64,000 bases of DNA, taken from the NCBI GenBank assembly GCA_051876105.1, contig JBJEHN010000072.1, forward strand, positions 6,282 to 70,281, in the 5' to 3' direction. Shown in pieces: positions 10,610-18,807 of this stretch (positions are counted from its first letter, which is position 1; each line of letters starts with the position of its first letter). The DNA is from Coriobacteriales bacterium (GTDB lineage Bacteria > Actinomycetota > Coriobacteriia > Coriobacteriales > QAMH01). Below the pieces are notes generated by a model that worked only from the letters and a program-made list of their open reading frames with translations, did not search any database and was not told the origin of the DNA. The translations under genes were made by a program, and so were the position numbers.

Positions 10610-11836
10610 CTAGTACTTGTAGGGGTCGCTGATGTCCTCGCCCGCGCTGATGAGGGCGACGTCGCGCGCGATCTCCGCCTCTTCGTCGGTGGGGATGACG
10701 AGCACCTTCACGGCGCTGTCGTCCGTGGAGATGATGCGGTCCTCGCTGCCGGTGACCATGTTGCGCTCCTGGTCGATGCAGATGCCGAAGGGCTCCAGAC
10801 CACGGAAGATGAGGCGGCGCGCGTAGGGGTCGTTCTCGCCCACGCCGGCGGTGCAGACGATGCAGTCGACGCCGGCCAGCTCGAAGAGGTAGGCGCCGAT
10901 CTGGCGGCGGATCGAGGTGAGGAAGATGTCGTAGGCCAGCTCCGAGCGCTCCGCGTCCTCGCTGCCGGCGGCGATGACCTCCTTGAGCTTACGCAGGTCG
11001 CCCGTCACGCCGGAGACGCCCAGCAGGCCGCTCTCGCGGTTGAGGATGGCGTCCATCTCCACGGCGGAGAGACCCTCGCGCTCCATGATGGCGGTGATGA
11101 TGGCGGGGTCGACGCTGCCAGAGCGCGTGCCCATCATGACGCCGTCGAGGGGGGTGTAGCCCATGGTCGTGTCCATCGAAATGCCGTGGTCGATGGCGGC
11201 CAGGCTGGCGCCGCTGCCCAGGTGACAGGTGAGCATCTTGAGGTCGTGTGGGTTGCGTCCCAGGAACTGCGCGGCGCGGCGGCTCACGTACTTGTGGCTC
11301 ATGCCGTGGAACCCAAAGCGGCGGATGCCGTACTCCTCGTAGTAGCGGTACGGGATGGGGTAGATGTAGTTGCGCGCGGGCATGGTCTGGTGGAAGGCCG
11401 TGTCGAAGGCGGCAACCTGGAGGGCGCCGGGCAGCAGCTCGCGGCAGCGGGCCACCACCTCGAGCGCGCTGGGGTTGTGCAGCGGGGCCAGGTGGTTGAA
11501 GCGGCGGATCTGGGCCACGACCTCGTCGGTGATGACGGTGCTGCAACCGAAGGCGTCGCCGCCGTGGGCAACGCGGTGACCCAGGGCGTCGACCTCGTCG
11601 AGGCTCGCCAGCGGCTTGCCGGGGCCTGCGAGCTCGCCAAGCACCAGGGGCAGGGCGTCGCGGCAGCTCGAGGCTGCGGCAGGAACAGCTTGGCCGTCGT
11701 GCTTGAGGCGGCAGTGGTCCGTGCCGATGGCATCGACCATGCCGCTGGCCAGAACCTGCATGCGCTCGGCATCGGTGGCCTCGAAGAGCTTGTACTTGAG
11801 CGAGCTCGAGCCCGCGTTGAACACCAGGATCTTCAC
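10610..11836 (-). CDS. Acetate/propionate kinase family protein (paralog 1)
   Basis: (GTG)KILVFNAGSSSLKY...HRVAHGG...LAPLHNP...FDTAFHQTMP...FGFHGMSH...GTRSGSVDP. The GTG start overlaps the TAG stop of the upstream receiver gene (TAGTG). Confidence 0.8.
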   Translation of the reverse strand: MKILVFNAGSSSLKYKLFEATDAERMQVLASGMVDAIGTDHCRLKHDGQAVPAAASSCRDALPLVLGELAGPGKPLASLDEVDALGHRVAHGGDAFGCSTVITDEVVAQIRRFNHLAPLHNPSALEVVARCRELLPGALQVAAFDTAFHQTMPARNYIYPIPYRYYEEYGIRRFGFHGMSHKYVSRRAAQFLGRNPHDLKMLTCHLGSGASLAAIDHGISMDTTMGYTPLDGVMMGTRSGSVDPAIITAIMEREGLSAVEMDAILNRESGLLGVSGVTGDLRKLKEVIAAGSEDAERSELAYDIFLTSIRRQIGAYLFELAGVDCIVCTAGVGENDPYARRLIFRGLEPFGICIDQERNMVTGSEDRIISTDDSAVKVLVIPTDEEAEIARDVALISAGEDISDPYKY

Positions 11837-12225
11837 TAGTAGTCCACCTCCACCTTGCGCGCGTAGACGCGGTCGAGCAGCGCGATGACGGCGTCGAGTT
11901 TCTTGCTGTCCACGGGCTTGGTGAGGTAGGCCATGGGCTTGATGCCGAAGGGCTCGTCCATGACGTCGGTGTAGGCGGTCATGTAGATGAGGGCCGGCGT
12001 GTAGTCCATCGCGCGCAGGGCCTCAGGCAGCAGCTGGGTGCCGGCACCGGCGATGTTGTGGTCGATGAAGGCCACATCGATGCGCTTGGACTGCATCTTG
12101 GCGATGCCCTCCTGCAGGCAGACGGCCTCGTCCACCACGGTCACGCGGCCGGTGCGGGCCAGCTGGTTGATGAGCTCGACGCGGGCGGGAGCCTCGTCGT
12201 CAACGATGATCGCCTCGAAGATCAT
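11836..12225 (-). CDS. Stand-alone response-regulator receiver domain (LytTR-type receiver without output domain)
   Basis: MIFEAIIVDDE...VAFIDHNI...MTAY...YLTKP carries all canonical receiver residues (DD, D, T, K). It is 129 aa with no DNA-binding domain. Start ATG 12225 follows AAAGGA. Confidence 0.8.
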   Translation of the reverse strand: MIFEAIIVDDEAPARVELINQLARTGRVTVVDEAVCLQEGIAKMQSKRIDVAFIDHNIAGAGTQLLPEALRAMDYTPALIYMTAYTDVMDEPFGIKPMAYLTKPVDSKKLDAVIALLDRVYARKVEVDY

Positions 12226-12425
12226 GGCGGTCCTTTCACTGAGATGTGCTTTTGGGCGTCTGGTTATAGTAACACGCTGGTATCCAGGCGCTTTGCGGCC
12301 CTGCCAGGGCAAACCCCTGTGGAGTATCATGGGGCTGACGAGGAGACCGCCTCGGTGTCCTCCCCCGAACACGCCAAGCCGGGAGCAGGCCGTGGGCCGG
12401 CCCGGATGAGAGATGGGAGCGCATC

Positions 12426-12842
12426 ATGTACAGCAAGATCATGGTTGCCGTTGACGGCTCGGAGAACTCGCTCAGGGCTGTCGAGCAGGCTGCAATGCTC
12501 GCAGAGGCCAGCGGCCCGGACTGTCAGCTGAGGCTGCTCTCCGTCATCGCCATCGACGTCTACTCTGACATGGTCTACGACCCGCTGGAGGCGCACGGAG
12601 ACGCCCAGCTCGAGAAGGTGCGCCCCGCCATCGAGCTCTGCGCCAAGCGCGGCGTCCACGCAGAGGCCTTCCTGCTGCACGGCCGCCCCGCTGAAGAGAT
12701 CGTCCGCGTTGCAGAAGAAGGCAACGCAGACCTGCTCGTGGTCGGTTCCCGCGGCCTCAACGCCCTTCAGGAGCTGGCGATCGGCAGCGTGAGCCACAAG
12801 ATCATCAAGCACGCCAAGTGTCCTGTCCTCGTGGTGAAGTAG
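12426..12842 (+). CDS. Universal stress protein (UspA family)
   Basis: MYSKIMVAVDGSENS...ADLLVVGSRGLN...GSVSHKIIKHAKCPVLVVK. Confidence 0.85.
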   Translation: MYSKIMVAVDGSENSLRAVEQAAMLAEASGPDCQLRLLSVIAIDVYSDMVYDPLEAHGDAQLEKVRPAIELCAKRGVHAEAFLLHGRPAEEIVRVAEEGNADLLVVGSRGLNALQELAIGSVSHKIIKHAKCPVLVVK

Positions 12843-12912
12843 CGCACGCTGCGCCGCAGCCTTTTCGTATGGAGGCCGCCGAACAGGGGAGCGCGGCCAC
12901 GGACTTGCGCGC

Positions 12913-13527
12913 TTAGAGCTGCAGCTCCTCGCCGGGGCGCAGGACGGTCTTGCCGGGGCCGCTGAAGGCCGCGGCCTTCTCCTCATCGAAGAGCACAGCC
13001 TGGCGCACGTCGTGCACGGGCACCAGGTGCAGGGGGATGCTGTGGCGCGCCGCCACCAGCTCTGCGCAGCGCGACGCCTCCTCCACGTCCATGTTGTAGT
13101 AGCCGTCTGCCGGGAAGGTCGCGTAGTCGAGCCCCATGGCCGCCAGCCTGCCGCTGGCCATGTCCTGAGTGAGCGAGGTGTCGCCCGCTGCATAGAACCT
13201 GATGCCGTCCAGCTCGAGCACCAAGCCTACGCACTCGTCAACCGGGTGGTAGGAGTTGCAAGCCTGCACGGCCGTGATGCGCACGCCCTTGGCCTGCAGC
13301 GTGCGGTGCTGCCCGCCCTCGAGGAAGTCCGCCGCCCGCAGCACCTGGCAGCCCGGGTTGTGCGGCATCTTGCCAACCTCGTAGTGGTCCGGGTGCTCGT
13401 GGGTCACCAGCACCAGGTCGGCGGGGACGTCGTAGCCCTCGCCCAGGCTGGGGTCCACGTAGATGACGGTGCCGCAGTCGGCCGTGATGCGGTAGCTGCC
13501 GTGGCCTTGGTAGAGCATGGTGGTCAT
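12913..13527 (-). CDS. MBL-fold metallo-hydrolase
   Basis: ...VIYVDP...LVLVTHEHPDHY... (HxHxDH motif). Start set to ATG 13527, 6 nt after AAGGGGA. The track start 13533 is a GTG abutting the RBS. Confidence 0.75.
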   Translation of the reverse strand: MTTMLYQGHGSYRITADCGTVIYVDPSLGEGYDVPADLVLVTHEHPDHYEVGKMPHNPGCQVLRAADFLEGGQHRTLQAKGVRITAVQACNSYHPVDECVGLVLELDGIRFYAAGDTSLTQDMASGRLAAMGLDYATFPADGYYNMDVEEASRCAELVAARHSIPLHLVPVHDVRQAVLFDEEKAAAFSGPGKTVLRPGEELQL

Positions 13528-13554
13528 CGCCACTCCCCTTTCAACCGGCGCGCC

Positions 13555-14139
13555 CTACAGCGCGGCGATGGCGTCTGCCAGGATCGCCTCGGCATCGTTG
13601 CCCCAGATGTCGAGGCCCTCGGCGCTGATGCAGCGGCTCTCCGCGATACCGAAGTACAGCTTGCACACGGCCGCCACGTAGTCGTAGCCCATGTTGTACT
13701 CGCCCAGGTAGCCGCCCGCCGTGGTGACGTAGGTCAGCCGCTTGGCCAGGCAGTGCCCCACGGGGACGCCTTCCTCGCTGTACGAGAACGTGAGTCCGTT
13801 GACACAGAGCTGCTCGATATAGCTCTTGAGCATCGCGGGGAAGCTGAGGTCCCAGTACGGGGCCGCGATAACGACCTCGTCGGCCTCGCGGAACTGCCGC
13901 GCCGGCGCGAACATCTCGTGTGAGAAGTCCTTCTCCGCCGCCTTCTCGCCGCGGAAGGCCAGGGTCTCCTCGCTCAGGCCCTCGATGCCGGCATCCACCA
14001 GCGAGAGCTCTTCGACCTGGGCGCTCTCACCCGCCGCCGCTGCCTCCTCGAGCATCTTGTCGAGCACGGCGTCTGCCAGGCGTTGGGTGCGCGAGCTCTC
14101 CTGGTTCACGCAAGCGTTCACAAACAGGATGGTCTTCAT
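13555..14139 (-). CDS. Flavodoxin-like fold NAD(P)H-dependent oxidoreductase (azoreductase/quinone reductase-like)
   Basis: MKTILFVNACVN...ADEVVIAAPYWDLSFPAMLKSYIE... resembles the FMN-dependent NADH-azoreductase family. Start ATG 14139 follows GGAG. Confidence 0.65.
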   Translation of the reverse strand: MKTILFVNACVNQESSRTQRLADAVLDKMLEEAAAAGESAQVEELSLVDAGIEGLSEETLAFRGEKAAEKDFSHEMFAPARQFREADEVVIAAPYWDLSFPAMLKSYIEQLCVNGLTFSYSEEGVPVGHCLAKRLTYVTTAGGYLGEYNMGYDYVAAVCKLYFGIAESRCISAEGLDIWGNDAEAILADAIAAL

Positions 14140-14171
14140 TCGTACTCCGATTGCCAACCGGGCCCGTCTTG

Positions 14172-14283
14172 GCAGCAGCTCGGCTGAGTGCGAGCAGCTG
14201 CCGCGACGGGCGAAGGGAGCGGCCTTGGGGCGCCGTGGCCGGAGCCCGGAGCCGCAGATGTGCGTGCTCAGCCGAGCTGCTGC
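14172..14283 (-). repeat. Conserved 3'-end element copy 1 (after valS): 17-bp perfect inverted repeat arms flanking a 78-nt core
   Basis: Arms are GCAGCAGCTCGGCTGAG (14172-14188) and CTCAGCCGAGCTGCTGC (14267-14283, including the valS stop and last codons). By manual alignment the core 14189-14266 matches core 24246-24323 at about 69/78 positions. Confidence 0.7.
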
Positions 14284-16967
14284 TCAATCAAGGCCAGCTG
14301 CTGGCGCAGCTCCGCCTGCTGGGCGCGGGCCTTCTCCACGGCCTCCGGCGCAGCCTTGGCCACGAAGTTCTCGTTGGAGAGCTTCTTGTCGAGCTTGGCC
14401 AGCTCGCCGCGCGCCTTCTCCTGCTCCTTGAGCAGGCGCTTGCGCTCGGCCTCGAAGTCGACCAGGCCGCTCAAGACCACATGGACCTCGATGTCGCCGG
14501 CCAGGGTGACACTGCTCTCCGCGGGCTTAGGCGCGTCTGCCGCCAGGAACTCGTAGCTGGTGAGGCGCGCCATGTTGGTGATGAGCGCGGCCTCGGCCTC
14601 GATGAGCTGCTGCTGGGCGGCCGCCTGCTCGCCGGTGAGGCGGATGGCGACGGCCAGCTCCTGGCGCGGCGAGATGCCGTAGCGGGCGCGGGTGGCGCGC
14701 ACTGCGGAGATGATGCCAGTGGCGCCGGTGATGGCGGTCTCGGCGTCCTCGTCGATCCAGCGCTCCAGCGCGGCCGGGTCGGGCCAGGCGGCAACCATCA
14801 GCGCGCTGGCATCCTTGGCCACGGGCAGGTGCTCCCAGATGGCCTCCGTGACGAAGGGCATCACGGGGTGCAGCAGGCGCAGCGAGGTGTCGAGCACGAA
14901 GACCAGGTTGCGCTGGGCCTGTAGCTTGGCTGCGGCGTCGTCGCCGGCGAGCACACCCTTGCTGAGCTCGATGTACCAGTTGCAGAACTCGTTCCAGAAG
15001 AAGTCGTAGAGCTCGCGCGCGACCTCGCCAAAGCGGTACTCCTCGATGCCGTCGGTCACGAAGCGGGCCAGCTTGGCCAGGCGGCTGAACATCCAGGCAT
15101 CCGCCGCCGTGGCGGCCTGGGGCTCACCGGGCTCGAAGCCCTCGAGGTTCATCCACACAAAGCGGCTGGCGTTCCAGATCTTGGTGACGAAGGCGCGGGC
15201 TGCCTCCGTGCGGGGGCTGTCGACGAGCTGCTTGGTCTTCTTGTCGATGTTGGCGTCGAACTTGACGTCCTGGTTGCCGGTGACCAGCGTGAGCAGGTTG
15301 TAGCGCATGGCGTCTGCGCCGTACATCTCGATGAGGTCCATGGGGTCGACGCCGTTGCCCTTGGACTTGGACATGCGGCTGCCGTCCTTGGCCAGGATGG
15401 TGGCGTAGATGAAGACGTCCTCGAAGGGGATCTCCCCGGTGAAGTAGAGGCTGCTCATGACCATGCGGGCAACCCACAGGGCGATGATGTCGCGTGCGGT
15501 GACGAGCACCTTGGTGGGGTGGTGGCCCTCCATCTCCTGGGGGTTGTCGGGCCAGCCCTGGGTGGCAAAGGTCCACAGCTGGCTCGAGAACCAGGTGTCG
15601 AGCACGTCCTCTTCCTGGGTCACATGAGCGCAGCCGCACTCGGGGCAGACGCTGGCGTCCTCCATAAGGGCGTCCTCCCAGCCGCACTCAGGGCAGTGGA
15701 AGACGGGGATGCGGTGGCCCCACCACAGCTGGCGCGAGATGCACCAGTCCTTGAGGTTCTCCATCCAGGTGGTGTAGGTGCTGGTCCAGCGCTGCGGGTG
15801 GAAGGTGACGGCGCCGCTGTTGACGGCATCGAGCGCGGGGCCCTTGAGCTTGTCAACGGCCACGAACCACTGCTCGGAGAGCCAGGGCTCGAGCGTGGAG
15901 TCGCAGCGGTAGCAGTGCATGACGGAGTGGTCGTGGTCCTCCACGTGGTCGAGCAGCCCGTGCTCCTCGAACCAGGCCACCACGGCCTCGCGGCACTGCT
16001 CGCGGGTCATGCCGGAGAACTCGCCGTAACCCTCGACCACCACGGCGTGCTCGTCGAAGATGCTGATCTGGGGCAGGTCGTGCGCCTGGCCCATGGCGTA
16101 GTCGTTGGGGTCGTGGGCAGGCGTCACCTTGACGAAGCCCGAGCCAAAGCCCTTCTCCACATGCCAGTCGGTGAAGATGGGGATCTCGCGACCCACAATG
16201 GGCAGCACCACGGTGGCGCCGGCCTCTGCCAGCGCGGCCTTCTCCGGGTCGTCCGGGGAAACGGCCACGCCCGTGTCACCGAGCATGGTTTCCGGCCTGG
16301 TGGTGGCCACGACGATGTACTCCACGCCGTTGACGGGCTCCTTGAGGGGGTAGCGCAGGTGCCACAGGTGGCCGTGCTCGTCTTGGTACTCGGCCTCGTC
16401 GTCGGAAATGGCGGTGGTGCAGTGGGGGCACCAGTTCACGATGCGCTTGCCGCGGTAGATCATGTCGTCGTGGTACCAGTCCACGAAGACCTTGCGCACG
16501 GCCTTGGCGTACTCCGGGCTCATGGTGAACTTCTCGTCGTCGAAGTCGACGGAGCAGCCCATGCGCTTGATCTGCTCGACGATGATGCCGCCGTACTCTT
16601 CCTTCCACTCCTGGCAGGCCTCGAGGAACTTCTCGCGGCCGATGGCGCGGCGGTCGATGCCCTGCTCCTTGAGCTTCTTGTCGACCTTGGTCTGGGTGGC
16701 GATGCCCGCGTGGTCGGTGCCCACGATCCAGCGGGTGCTGTAGCCGCGCATGCGGGAGTAGCGGATGTAGGTGTCCTGGATGGTGTCGTCGAGGGCATGG
16801 CCCATGTGGAGCATGCCGGTGACGTTGGGCGGCGGGATGACGACGGTGCGGTCGCCCTTGCCGGGCTGGCCTTCGCTGCGGCGGTAGTAGCCGCCCTCGA
16901 GCCACTTGCCGAGGATGCGCTCCTCAGTGGCCCCGGGCTCGTAGGTCTTGGGCATCTCTTCTGCCAT
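14268..16967 (-). CDS. valS: Valine--tRNA ligase
   Basis: 899 aa with PPPNVTGMLHMGHA (HIGH) and RMSKSKGN (KMSKS) motifs and a C-terminal coiled coil. Confidence 0.97.
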   Translation of the reverse strand: MAEEMPKTYEPGATEERILGKWLEGGYYRRSEGQPGKGDRTVVIPPPNVTGMLHMGHALDDTIQDTYIRYSRMRGYSTRWIVGTDHAGIATQTKVDKKLKEQGIDRRAIGREKFLEACQEWKEEYGGIIVEQIKRMGCSVDFDDEKFTMSPEYAKAVRKVFVDWYHDDMIYRGKRIVNWCPHCTTAISDDEAEYQDEHGHLWHLRYPLKEPVNGVEYIVVATTRPETMLGDTGVAVSPDDPEKAALAEAGATVVLPIVGREIPIFTDWHVEKGFGSGFVKVTPAHDPNDYAMGQAHDLPQISIFDEHAVVVEGYGEFSGMTREQCREAVVAWFEEHGLLDHVEDHDHSVMHCYRCDSTLEPWLSEQWFVAVDKLKGPALDAVNSGAVTFHPQRWTSTYTTWMENLKDWCISRQLWWGHRIPVFHCPECGWEDALMEDASVCPECGCAHVTQEEDVLDTWFSSQLWTFATQGWPDNPQEMEGHHPTKVLVTARDIIALWVARMVMSSLYFTGEIPFEDVFIYATILAKDGSRMSKSKGNGVDPMDLIEMYGADAMRYNLLTLVTGNQDVKFDANIDKKTKQLVDSPRTEAARAFVTKIWNASRFVWMNLEGFEPGEPQAATAADAWMFSRLAKLARFVTDGIEEYRFGEVARELYDFFWNEFCNWYIELSKGVLAGDDAAAKLQAQRNLVFVLDTSLRLLHPVMPFVTEAIWEHLPVAKDASALMVAAWPDPAALERWIDEDAETAITGATGIISAVRATRARYGISPRQELAVAIRLTGEQAAAQQQLIEAEAALITNMARLTSYEFLAADAPKPAESSVTLAGDIEVHVVLSGLVDFEAERKRLLKEQEKARGELAKLDKKLSNENFVAKAAPEAVEKARAQQAELRQQLALIEQQLG

Positions 16968-17028
16968 GTGAATCTCCCCTTGGTGCCGGGTGCGGGATCA
17001 GAAACGTATGCACGCTATCTTAGCAGCA

Positions 17029-17055
17029 CGAGGGGCCGCTCACGGCGGCCCCTCG
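17029..17055 (-). terminator. GC-rich hairpin after rplT (CGAGGGGCCGC-N5-GCGGCCCCTCG)
   Basis: An 11-bp perfect stem 27 nt downstream of the rplT stop. No strong U-run, so this is tentative. Confidence 0.4.
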
Positions 17056-17081
17056 GACAGTGCTAGTTATGCGGTTGAAGC

Positions 17082-17438
17082 CTAGGCGATGGCCTTCTTG
17101 GCGATCTCGGCCAGGGCGGCGAAGCCCTGTGCGTCCTCGATGGCCATGTTGGAGAGGACCTTGCGGTCCAGGTCGATGCCGGCGACCTTCAGGCCGTGCA
17201 TGAACTTGCTGTAGGACAGGCCGTTGATGCGGGCGGCGGCGTTGATGCGGGTGATCCACAGGCGGCGGATCATGCGCTTCTTGTTGCGGCGGTCACGGTA
17301 GGCGTACTGCAGGGAGTGCTGGACCTGCTCCTTGGCAGCGCGGTAGCTGCGGGACTTGGCGCCGTAGTAACCCTTGGCACGCTTAAATACTGTCTTGCGC
17401 TTCTTCTTGGCGTTCAGTGCACGCTTCACACGAGCCAT
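17082..17438 (-). CDS. rplT: 50S ribosomal protein L20
   Basis: [39 protein letters not shown]... Confidence 0.97.
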   Translation of the reverse strand: MARVKRALNAKKKRKTVFKRAKGYYGAKSRSYRAAKEQVQHSLQYAYRDRRNKKRMIRRLWITRINAAARINGLSYSKFMHGLKVAGIDLDRKVLSNMAIEDAQGFAALAEIAKKAIA

Positions 17439-17482
17439 TTATATCAACTCCTCGGTAGTAGGTGGGATTGCCTGGGGGGTGC

Positions 17483-17677
17483 TTAGATGCCCAGGTTCCT
17501 CTTGACGACGGTGGTGTCAGCAGCGGAAAGCTCGGTCTCCTTGCGGAAGTTGCGCTTGCGCTTCTGGGACTTCTTGGTGAGGATGTGGCTCTTGAAAGCC
17601 TTGGCACGCATGATCTTGCCGGAACCGGTGACGCGGAAGCGCTTTGCGGTGCCCTTGTGGGTCTTCATCTTAGGCAT
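17483..17677 (-). CDS. rpmI: 50S ribosomal protein L35
   Basis: [36 protein letters not shown]..., 64 aa. It is embedded in the longer track ORF 17483..17923. Its start overlaps the infC 3' end by 8 nt. Confidence 0.95.
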   Translation of the reverse strand: MPKMKTHKGTAKRFRVTGSGKIMRAKAFKSHILTKKSQKRKRNFRKETELSAADTTVVKRNLGI

Positions 17678-18239
17678 TGTTGTCTCCTTCTTTGTTGCTA
17701 GGCTTGTTGCTCTTCTTCTTGGCGTCCTTGGGGAGGGGGGCGATGAGCATGTGCATGTTGCGCCCCTCCATCTTGGGCTGCTGCTCGATGACTGCCAGCT
17801 CCTTGAGGTCGTCTGCCAGCTTCTCGAGGATCGCCAGGCCCTGCTCCGGATGGGCCATCTCGCGGCCGCGGAACATGATGGTGATCTTGACCTTGTTGCC
17901 CTTGCCCAGGAAGCGCAGCACATGGCCCTTCTTGGTCTCGTAATCGCCGACGTCGATCTTGGGACGGAACTTCATCTCCTTGATCTCGATCTTGGTCTGC
18001 TTCTTGCGAGCCTGCTTGGCCTTGACCTCCTGCTCGTACTTGTGCTTGCCGTAATCCATGATGCGGCACACAGGCGGCTCGGCGTTGGGTGCGATCTCGA
18101 CCAGGTCGAGACCCTGCTCGGAAGCGACACGCTGGGCATCCGCGTTGGCGAAGATGCCGAGCTGTGCGCCATCGACACCAATCAGGCGAACGGTGGCGGC
18201 GCGGATTGCGTCGTTGATCCTAGACTCTTGAGCGGCTAT
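17670..18239 (-). CDS. infC: Translation initiation factor IF-3, with non-canonical ATA start
   Basis: The conserved IF-3 N-domain ([24 protein letters not shown]...[22 protein letters not shown]) lies upstream of the first ATG/GTG. An in-frame TGA is at 18248-18246. ATA at 18239 sits 7 nt after GGAGGTG (18253-18247). The track ORF 17670..18071 is N-terminally truncated. Confidence 0.88.
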   Translation of the reverse strand: MAAQESRINDAIRAATVRLIGVDGAQLGIFANADAQRVASEQGLDLVEIAPNAEPPVCRIMDYGKHKYEQEVKAKQARKKQTKIEIKEMKFRPKIDVGDYETKKGHVLRFLGKGNKVKITIMFRGREMAHPEQGLAILEKLADDLKELAVIEQQPKMEGRNMHMLIAPLPKDAKKKSNKPSNKEGDNNA

Positions 18240-18256
18240 TGCTGCTCACCTCCAAT

Positions 18257-18286
18257 AAAAAAGCCCGTGAGCACAGAGCTGACGGG
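18257..18286 (-). terminator. Leader attenuator/terminator immediately upstream of the infC RBS
   Basis: Minus strand reads CCCGTCAGC-TCTGT-GCTCACGGG (8 of 9 bp paired) followed by CTTTTTTATT, running directly into GGAGGTG. Confidence 0.6.
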
Positions 18287-18395
18287 TTTCTCGGCGGCCC
18301 CAAGGCGGGGATATGTACCGTGAACCAGACAACTGAGCTGCGCTCGTCGAAAGGTGGGGATGCTGGTGACACCCCTCTTCTAAACACAAAGCGGT

Positions 18396-18424
18396 ATTTT
18401 ACAGGTGAAACGCCCCCAACGCAA
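18396..18424 (-). promoter_or_regulatory. Candidate sigma-70-type promoter of the infC-rpmI-rplT operon
   Basis: Minus strand reads TTGCGT-17 nt-TAAAAT. It predicts a leader of about 150 nt containing the attenuator hairpin. Confidence 0.45.
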
Positions 18425-18454
18425 GGGTACACAGCGCTTTTTCTTGCTGGCACA

Positions 18455-18560
18455 GAACGCGAACTTTCGCCTCTCGGGTGCGAACCCCAGCCTCCCCGGT
18501 GCGAACTCTGCCTCCCTGGTGCGAACTCTGCCTCCCTGGTGCGAACTCTGCCTCCCTGGT
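18455..18560. repeat. Tandem array of a 20-bp unit GGTGCGAACTCTGCCTCCCT (3 perfect, 1-2 degenerate copies)
   Basis: Perfect copies at 18498-18517, 18518-18537 and 18538-18557. A 21-bp variant is at 18477-18497 and a degenerate copy at about 18455-18476. Confidence 0.9.
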
Positions 18561-18564
18561 TAAG

Positions 18565-18749
18565 CAAGAGTCAGCGAGGGTTCGCTGAGTGCGTGCAGCA
18601 GGCGCGAAGCCGCAAATGCTCCGCCCCAGGTCTAACCAAATCCTCACAGGTCCAACCAAGAGTCAGCGAGGGTTCGCTGGGTGCGTGCAATGGCCCCGCG
18701 CCTAGGGCCGTAGCGTACTTCGCTACGTGAGGCCCGTAGCGCGGGGCCA
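18565..18749. repeat. Repeat-dense intergenic segment: two 33-bp direct repeats plus a nested palindrome
   Basis: CAAGAGTCAGCGAGGGTTCGCTG(A/G)GTGCGTGCA occurs at 18565-18597 and 18657-18689 (32/33 identical). The palindrome is TGGCCCCGCG...CGCGGGGCCA (18691-18749) with an inner CGTAGCG-TACTT-CGCTACG. Confidence 0.85.
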
Positions 18750-18807
18750 GTGTGCGTGCCCAGCGAAGCCGCAGCGTCGGCTCAAAGCCCGAGGAACGAG
18801 GGCTTTA

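Noticed and set aside
16968-17081. T-box or other riboswitch leader in front of valS (and likewise metG, 25868-25955)
   Set aside because: The leaders are only about 90-110 nt, too short for a T-box. I could not find a specifier-loop/T-box sequence or a terminator/antiterminator pair.
18455-18560. Possible CRISPR array
   Set aside because: The repeats are directly abutting 20-mers with no spacers, and no cas genes are nearby. This is a tandem repeat, not CRISPR.
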